Below are positions 24,432-34,331 of a stretch of DNA of 34,331 nucleotides, piece after piece. The stretch comes from Proteromonas lacertae. Its lineage: Eukaryota. The DNA lies in NCBI GenBank assembly GCA_002245135.1, contig NGBS01000637.1, positions 1 through 34,331 of the forward strand, written 5' to 3'. The position numbers were made by a program, and so were the translations under genes. Position 1 is the first letter of the stretch; each line of letters starts with the position of its first letter. Below the pieces are notes generated by a model. The model was not told where the DNA came from. It saw only the letters and a program-made list of their open reading frames with translations, and made no database searches.

Positions 24432-27400
24432 TTATTCTAGTTCATCTAAATCATCCATTTTATCTTCTTTTGAGAATTTATGAAGACGATAATATCTAAT
24501 TCCAAAGAATACACCTACTCCAATAATAATCCAATACACCTACAACTATTCCAACTATTATTCCAGGATTTATTCCTTTTTTATCTTCATGATAATCAAC
24601 ATTCATTAATGATGATTCTATTTTATTCTGTTTTAGAATAGAATGGATGTGAATGAGTTAGTTCTCTTAAAAAAACTTCACTATTTAAATAACCTGATTA
24701 GATCATTATATTCTATTCCATTTATTTCATAATTATCATTCACTACTATTCGTAGATAAACTGTGCATTCTTCAGACTATTTTGAAAATATAGAATATAA
24801 AATATATTAAAATATACCTTTATATTATATGATAAAATTAACACTTTATTATAATCAATTCTTTGACTTTCTGAAACTATCTTTCTTAAAGCATTTTGAG
24901 CTTCATATACATAATGAATATCACTAATTGGTGATAATGTTAATCTCAAATTCAAATTTATTGTTCCTACTTTTGGATTAGAAAATAATTCTACACAATC
25001 ATCTCTATCTGCTTCACACCATATTGGAGATAGAATATCATTCTCATTATCACAACATTTTCGAGTTTGAAAACCAGCATAACCAGATCCACAACTGATT
25101 GTTAAATTATTATTTCTCTCAGTTTCTTCCCATACATTCTCTTTTTTACACAATATTAAATCTACTCTTAATGTGATATTTGTTTCAATCGATCCAATTG
25201 TATTTGTTCCTTTTATTACATAACTTTGATTTTCTTCTTTATTCAATGGATTTCCTAATATTGTTCCATATAATGGATCAAATTTTAAACCAACAGGTAA
25301 ATTTGGTTGTATTTTATAGTTTCGAATTGAATTTACTACAGATGGTTTTGATTCATTCATTTCAATACCTCGATAAACAATAATTGGAGTTTTATATGTA
25401 AGATTTAATGGAGGTAATGGAATACATTCTGATCTATCTATTGCTTGCCATTCTGGTGTTAAACTACCTTTCTTTAATTCACATTTTCGTTTTTGTTTAC
25501 CGCCATAATCAATTCCACAATTTATTATTGCAGTTTTGTCTATTAATGTTGAAGGCCACTCTCCTTCTTTAGAACATCCTTCATCATCAACTGAGATATA
25601 TAAATATGTATAAACTACTTCGATTATTCCATTCACTTTATGCTTTGAATTTCCAGCTGTTACATTAAACCATTGCCATCTTAATGGTTCTATTGCTATA
25701 CCATATATTTCACCACTACTTTCATTAAAAACTAAATTATTTGGTAATGAAGGATATATTTCAAACACATCTGCAAATCCTACTACTATTGGTGCTTCTT
25801 GATATACTTCTTTATTCACACTAAATGATAATCTTCTATTTCTATATTCTACTGAATAAGGAGTACCAGGTGTACAATCTCTATCATCTATTTCTAACCA
25901 TTTTGGATTTGCTGCATCTTCACAATATCGACTTCTATAACCTGTATATCCTTTTGGACATAATACAGTCACATTTAAACCACGATCTAAATCAGGCCAA
26001 TTATCATATGCTACACATTTCTCCCATACACTCATTAAGAAATTTAATGAAGAAATACTTATTATTGGATCATTATTACTCGTTGATAATATATCCAATA
26101 TAACACTATCATAATATGTTGTTGCATTTACTAAATCTATTGTCACATTATAATTATAGTTTGAATATTTTATATTATTCTCACTATTGATGATTGTGTA
26201 ATTACTTATCACATTATTTTTACCATATAATATCCAACTATTTGGTGCATCTTCATTATATTTAGGTATTTGAATAAATAATTTGTTTAGATATACTCCT
26301 CTTTGGAAATCACATGTTAATTTCACTTTTGTAACACCTTGTAATTTAAAGATTGTATCTGGATTATTATCAACTAAATAATTACTATTCACTCCTTCCA
26401 TATTTACAGATGATATACAACTAACTCCTTGAACTACACTTGAAAATCCATCAGATATTGTCACTATCATATCAAATACTACAAAATCTCTTGTTATATT
26501 ATTTCGATATAATACCACATTTATACTATTTGTTTCTATATTCATATCACTAGATATTTTTAAATCCACTCCATTGAATTTTACATATTTTTCACCTATT
26601 ACTTCATCTTTATCATTTAATCTATCTCTCCAAATTTCTTTCTTATTGAAATATACTTTTATTCCTTCTTCATATTTAAATGATAAATGGATTATACTTA
26701 TTTTTGTCAATGATGGACCAACATTTATCAATTTCTTTATATATATTTTATTATTCTCAACTAATGATATTGGAATATTTAATGGTAATATTTGTTCCCA
26801 ATTCTCCTTTATCATATATATTTTCCATCCAATCAGGCTTTGGTTCATTAACACCATCATAACAGTTTATTGTTTCTCCTGGTGAAACTATTGATTCTAC
26901 TTGGAAAGAATATCTTGAAGAACCAGAATATACATTGATTGTTGTTAAGATTATTTCACCTTCTAATTTCACATATAATGGATATTTCCAACCATCATTT
27001 CCTTCATCTAATGCTGTTAATGTAAATATATCTTTTGTTAAACAGATATATTGTCTATAAGTTGTATTAGCTTCAGTATATAATATAGAAGTTAACACTA
27101 AAGATGATTCACTTCTCACTTCAAATGATTCTTCTAATGGCTTATCTCCTGTTTTATGCTCAAATATTACATATAGTTCATTACTTTTACATGTATCAAT
27201 TATTATATTTATTTCATAACTTGATTCCCCTGCATTGTTTGAAGCTTTGATTATATAAGTTCTTTGAGGAACTAATAAATATGGAGTTCCACTAATTATT
27301 CCTGTTGAAGAATCTAAATATAACCCATCTGGTAATTCGGGTGTTATTGAATATTCAGAAACCATATTATCTACTTTAGGAACTAACTCAGTCATTTCTT

Positions 27401-30400
27401 TATATAGCATTAAAGTCAATGTTGTTATTTTTCTATCTCCTTCATAATAACCACTTATCTTTGGATATTCTAAATTCTCTACTCCTATTTCAATTTCACT
27501 TTTATAAAATTCTTTAAATTTATCATATCCATATATTGTGTATTTCTGTAATTCTTGAATCTTTCTTGGAATACCTTTTATTTCACCTGTTAATGGATCA
27601 AATTCTAAACCATCAGGTAATAATGGAGCTATTTGTAAATCTATTAATTTATCAATACCATTAAACAATGGATAATTTATATCAATTTCTCGATTGATGT
27701 AATAGTAGTTCAGAGTATATTTATATGAAAAATCAGGTAAATAATCATTAACACTAAATGATTCTTTAGGAATAGGAATGAATATTTCATTTGTACATTC
27801 TTTATTCTCATAATATAACTCAATTCCATGTGGACCATCATTATCAAAATACTTGATTCGGAATGGATATAATCCTTTCGCTTTTCCTGTATTACCTTCT
27901 TTATATATTTCATCATGACATCCAGAATTATCAACTACCACTTTTCCTAAACCTAATTCTAATGTTGCACCACTATCACTCCTTATAGCAAAGAACCATT
28001 CTCCACTGCATTCTAAATATATATTACTATTCCAAATTACACCAAAATGATCTGATAAAAATGTAGATATACCATACCATGCTTCATTTGTTTCATTCAA
28101 TGGAAAACTAATTATTTCATCAATTCTCTTTGTTTTTATTCTTCCAGATTCCTCTATCTTTGGCATATACTTTTTTGAATTTTCATTTTTACATATTTGA
28201 TTATCTAACAAATAATAATCTCCTTTCAAACCATATATAAAATGATCTACATAATTATTAATAAATATATATATATATTATATACCATGAATTATTATAT
28301 AAATTGTTACTGTACTTGATCCATATTCACTTGAACCAGTTATTGTGTATTTATCATATGATATTTCATTAGCTTTTCCATATATTTCACCTGTGTTATT
28401 ATTCAAGTATAAACCATCTGGTAATTCTTTTCCCATCTTATATACTCTTATTATACCTATCACTTTTGGTAATTTACTTTTACATTCTATACCTCTAAAA
28501 CAAATCACTCTTGGATAATCATCGATTATTGGATAGTTTTCACCACATTCACTACTATCTATTACATCCCATTCACCAAGATTTGGTTGAAATATATCAT
28601 TCTTTATTAAACATTTTCTTGTCTTATATCCATTTATATTTTCACCACATTTCACTTTTGCTACTCCGCCAACAGCTGTTTCTGGAAAATCTCTATCAGC
28701 TATACATTTTGATACTTCTGATTTTAATGTAAATTCACACTCTTTACTTCTTTCTTCATTTGCTTCGATCTTTATTCGATTTTCAGATTCACTTACTGTA
28801 ACTCCAGATATTGTACCATTCTTATGTAACATTAAGCCTTCAGGAAGAACAGTATTATCAATTAAATTGAATGAAGCTTGAGAAAGAATACCAATATAAA
28901 GTGGAGATATTATACAATATATTCCAATATAACAAGAAACTGAAGATTTTGTATAATTAAACACTAATGGATACTGTTCTCTACATTCAGATACTTCATT
29001 TTCCCATTTAGCAGGATTTGTTAATAAACATTTTCTTGATTTCTTACCAATTTCAGGCAAATCACAATCAATCACTGATATTTCGCCTGATTTTGTCTTA
29101 GGGTATTTATCTGTCGATTCACAATATAATTGTTCAATTTTTATTGTTATTTCAGATGTTTTCAATGTTAATCCTCTTGAATAATAACCACTTACTATGT
29201 ATTCTTTTGATTCGGTGTTTAAGACTATCATCTGCTTTTCCATAGATTTTACCTGTTAATTCATTTATTTTTAACCCTTTTGGTAATTTGGGAGTGATGG
29301 AATAATAATCAATTGAATATATATTTCCACCAACAACACTTATTTCTTCATTTTCATTATTCTCTATTCCTATATAAAATATAAATATTTTGCTATTATA
29401 ATCTATTTTGGTTGCAAATGAATCTACTACTGATATATATAATGATATTGTTCTTATTCCTGCTGTATTTCTAATAGAAACTTTATATTCACTTCTTTCA
29501 TACAATTCTTTTGGATTTCCAGATATTGAACCATCTTCATTATTAAAACTTAAACCAATTAAACTAATATCTGGATCAATTGTTATACTTCCAATTATTC
29601 CCTTTATTTTTGGTTTTATTGTTTCTATATTTTCATTTATTTTAAATGAATATGAATTTTGAGGATAATCTATTGTAGCTAAGGCTACTTGACATCCACT
29701 TATATCTTCTATTCCCCATGTAGCTGGATAACTTGCATAACAAAACATTTTCTTTAACCCTATATAACCTTCATCACATTCTTTATAACTATAACTACCT
29801 GCTTTAGCACTTACATAATCATTCATTGATTCACAAAATAATGTTTGAACAATTATATGTGAATGGGAATTTATATACTTTATTATTTAATATTGATAAT
29901 AATACACATTCATTTACTAAAGCTGGAGCTTCATCTTGAACTTTTCCAATTATTGTTCCATTATTTGTGAAGAAGATTATTCCATCATTTAATTGGCATG
30001 ATAAATCAAATCGATCAAATCCTCCATTGGTTATTGGACTATAACTCATGAGATATCCATAATAGAAATATAATTTATCACTTTCATATCTACTTTCTGA
30101 ACCAGGCTGCATACAATTATCTTCTATTTTATCCCAACTTCCATCTTCTAAACATTTTCTTCTTCTATAACCATTTGAACCACTTGGACATTTTAAAACC
30201 AATGAATTCAATGCAAATGTGGTTTTCCATTCACCAGATGTTGGACATCTTACCATTAATTCATTTACTCCTATCATCTCACTTGCTTGAAATCCTGTAT
30301 TTAATGGACCTCTTATTGATTCAATATCTATTCGATATATTTCAAAAGATTTCTTTGAAAATATTGATAAATAATTCATTTTCTTTCTTTCAGATGATAT

Positions 30401-33400
30401 TGTATAGGAATTAACATGAGGAATCTCAAACCAATCGATAATATCTTTTCGATAAGAACCATATATTCTGAATTTATTTATATCTCTCTCAGGTGAATCT
30501 TTTGCTGTTCCATACCAAATTGTATTGAAATTTGTTATAATATTTGGCCAAGCAAATGTTAAACTCAACATTGAACTGCCATTTAATGATAATTTCGAAA
30601 CATAATATTGAGTATTTAAGTCGTTATCAAATAAACTGGTTATTACATCTATCATATTATCAGATTTCTCGGATGATTCGACTATCATTGTTGGAATATC
30701 TCCTGATAAATAGGTCTTTATCACTTTCATTTCACCGTTTCTCCATTGATAACTATCTAATTTCACTCTCAATCTATCAACCTCATATGCTGTATTATCA
30801 GTATACACAACTAAACCTATAGTATTTGTGTCATATTTCATTATATTTCCTAGTATCTCAATTTCCACATTCTCTAATTCTATCGTACATGATTCATATA
30901 TCGTATTATTCAAATAAATTCCTTTTCGATAGATTTCATGTCCATTCATATATAATACAAAAGGACAATCACTGGATATTTTACACATCATATATTCAAT
31001 TTTTGTAATATCTGATGGAGCTGTAAATGAGGTTCGATAATAATATTCATGTAAATCTTTATTTCTATTAGGAAAATTATTATCAATATAAGATATCCAA
31101 TTATTTTCACCAAAATTATACATCCAACCATTGACTGGGATATATTCACTATACTGCCATTTTGAACCACTATCTATTAATGAGCTTGGAATACTGAATG
31201 AATATACTAATGTTTCACTAAAACTATCATATCTCTTTTCTATCATTAATATATCATTATAATAAACTATCACTTCACTATTATCATCCCAAGGTATTAA
31301 ATTATCACTTCCTAATATTAACTCGAATAAATTACCATTACTACAACTACCTCTCCATTCATCATTATTATTAAAAACACCTTCAAAATATATTATTTCA
31401 TTATTGTTATTATCTTTCAACCTTATCAACATATTGTTTCCACTATTTCCACTGATTATATGAATTTGGATTATTCCATTCGTTGTGCATTCTATTGAAT
31501 TAAACATTAATGATATTGTATTTGATTGTATTTCATTTTTATCAACAGCTTTTATGCTTATTCTTGTTTCCATAAAATCTATACTTGCTTTTGTATAAAT
31601 ACAACCATTTTCTTTATTCAATTTGAAACCATCAGGAATATAATCACTCTCAAATATGTAATAACTAATTCCATTGGATGATGTTGGACAGATCATTTGA
31701 GGTATTCCAACTGTTACTGTATATGAATTTTGAGAATATGATATTGATGGTTGATTATTTTTAGTATGTATTGTATAAGATTCAATTATTCTAATAATTC
31801 CATCAGAATATTCATTATATCTTATTAATTCGCCATCTCGACTTATTTTATATTTTCCACCATGTAAACTACTTGATATTACTTTTAATGTTAAAATTTC
31901 ATTATTATTTATACATTTACCATAATTATAAATACTAAATGAGGATGGTTTTAATAAACTGTATATTTCTTTACCATTTGATGAAGAAGATAAAGATAGT
32001 TCTACTTCTTTATTGGCTGTTTCAAATTTCATTAATATATAAGAATAACCAGATGCACAACCATTTATTGATATTGTTATTGATGAATAACTTAAACCAC
32101 TTGGATTCATACAATATATTATATATTTCTTGGATATGGATATTGTTGATCTTCCTGTTAATCTTCCATTTATTTCATTAAAACTTAATTCTGATGATAA
32201 ACTTGGTTGTATATAAAAATAACAATTCTTAAAACTGTCAATTTTTGGATTGATTAATATTGGTTCTACTGGAATTATTGAGTTTCCTACATTGTTTTCT
32301 ATTGAATCAAATCTAAATGATGGAGGTAGTTGGAAATCTGAAAAACCGATTTGGATAGTTGTGAAATATTTTTCATATGATGATTCTGAATATACTGTTA
32401 TTTTATACTCTATTAATTCACTTTCATGAATATTTGGTTTTCCGCTTATTATACCACTTCTTTCATCAAATGATAAACCATCAGCAATTTCAGGTTCTAT
32501 TTCATATACTAAATCATCAATTTTACTTAATTCTTCAGATAAAATAGGACTTATAGGATCTATCTCTATTCCATAGATTAAAGTCACTAATTCATAATTA
32601 TAATATATCATTCTCATTGGATAATTATAAAATCTATTGTCAACTTCTACCCCATTATCACTTGACCATCTCAAATCAAAATATGGAATATTTTTCTTGT
32701 TTATATCCTTTCCTGTTATTTCGATTTTGTGATAACCCACACTTAATGGAATATCATATTCATATTTTCCTGATTTTAATACAAATTCAATTGAATCATC
32801 TATTTCTATTTTCATATTCTCTATTGTTGTTTCTATTATGATTTTATATTCATCAAAATGTAATATATCAATATATCCTTCCCATTTATAGATTGTTGGT
32901 TTTTCACTATTATAACTAATATCAATTCCATTCAGTTCTTTTAAATCAAATGGTAATTTAGTGTATGTTTTTAACTCTAATATATTATCATCTTCATCAT
33001 CTGCATTTTCACTTTCACTTATATAATATCGAAATAATAATCTTTCATTATATTTCTTTTCATTTTTTATTCTTATATTCACTTTAACAGATATACTAGA
33101 CAATGGATTTTCAGCTTTTATTGTATATTCTTTATTCTCATATTCTATTGATACTGAACCTTTTAATTCACATTTCTTATTTATGGATAAACCATTTGGT
33201 AGATCTGGAATTATACTACATTCAGTTATATCTCCAATTACAACACTTGGAATTATTAATACTTCATGATTTATATTAAATTGATAATTATTATTTTCAT
33301 ATTCAAATCTTTCAATTGGTCTATAATAAAACACAAAATTATTATCTTCTATTGGAATTCCTTCTAATAAATTGTTTATATTATTATTACTTATTTTTCC

Positions 33401-34331
33401 ATCTTTATTCTCCCAAGTCAATGTTAATTGATGATCATCACTATCAGCATAGAATAATATTCCAAATTCATGATCATCTTTTTCTAAATACATTCTTGTA
33501 TCATTCCATTTACCATTATAAGATAATAATATTGGAGATTTAAGATTGTTGTCAATAAATAGAAATACAAAATTATCACCATATAGTCTAAATATATATT
33601 CTCCTTCATATTTTACTCTTAAGAATCCCTTCCATTGAATTAGATAATTTTCTTCTCTTATTATACCATATGGATAGCTTGTTTCACCTTTCTCTACTAC
33701 CCAATCACATAAATTGTCAGGCATATAACCATTTTCACCATCTATTAAACCATTATTTATATTATCCCAATATGGTTCAAATGCTGTTATTTGATAATTA
33801 AAACTATTACTAAGAGTATAAAATCCAATTAATCTATCCACAGAAAAATCTTTTACATAAATTTTTAAAGAAAATTCAGATGATTTTCCTAATGGATTTG
33901 ATGCTTCAAATGTAACAGTAACACCTATTCCATTTAATTCTTTCGCTATTCCATTTATTATTCCACTATTCTCATCTAATAATATGCCATTCGGTAAGAT
34001 TCCAGATTTTATTGTCATTCTTTCAAATATTGTATTACATATTGGAGGTAATAATGATGTTGGATTATTCAAATTCAATGTTATTCTATTATCATCATAA
34101 GGATAATAACAATTCATCAATTTGTCATAAATAACTATTGAAATTGTTTGTTCATTATATGCTTCATTCTCAGAATAAAATCTTATCTTATAATTTCTTT
34201 TACTTGAACTAATCATTGCATTTCCTGATATTTTACCACTTCTTTCATCTATTACCAAATTACCTGGTAGTGATGGTTCTACTTTTATTCGATATATACT
34301 TCTTTTACATTCACATATTATATTAACATCA
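24432..34331 (-). CDS. Giant type-I membrane protein (>3200 aa, 5' end outside window) with He_PIG-like Ig repeats, PA14 domains, beta-sandwich carbohydrate-binding-like domains, HRM-like Cys repeats, C-terminal TM helix
   Basis: Five abutting ORFs joined by introns (28247-28285, ~24777-24817) and +1 indels. About 15 LPxGLxxxxxTGxIxG repeats, PA14 motifs (IQWKGFL..EGEYIFRLYGD; FGVIW..SGEWFFAIRSDSG), 7 C..W..C..G..RKC..W..C repeats, tail NPGIIVGIVVGVLIIIGVGVFFGIRYYR..DELE*. Confidence 0.88.

Noticed and set aside
1543..24434. Blastocystis-type stop codons created by polyadenylation, or an alternative genetic code
   Set aside because: The complete genes examined end in genome-encoded TAA/TAG/TGA, and long ORFs translate with the standard code.
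25180..33543. Short plus-strand ORFs opposite the giant gene and other antisense ORFs
   Set aside because: Shadow ORFs of strongly supported opposite-strand genes.

Overview
Very AT-rich, gene-dense eukaryotic DNA with tiny GT-AG introns (about 26-40 nt) and the standard genetic code. It resembles a Blastocystis-like gut stramenopile, which is an inference. Housekeeping genes are ABCB transporter (5' part), ARPC4, a NEK-like kinase, Arp3, a Cys-glutathione peroxidase, a ZZ/C2/coiled-coil protein, SMC5 and a small secreted SIL1-motif protein. A giant (>3200 aa) single-pass surface protein has He_PIG, PA14 and HRM-like Cys repeats. Between the kinase and Arp3 (about 4.7-13.5 kb) lies an accessory-looking island. 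It holds a stop-riddled gene relic, a 2.36-kb palindrome with identical-looking ~1.06-kb arms each carrying an outward-facing 5S rRNA gene, a Crinkler/RHS-type tandem-NTPase gene whose 3' end decays into the palindrome edge, and an internally deleted axonemal dynein heavy chain fragment. Many single-base frameshifts in otherwise intact genes suggest assembly indel errors.
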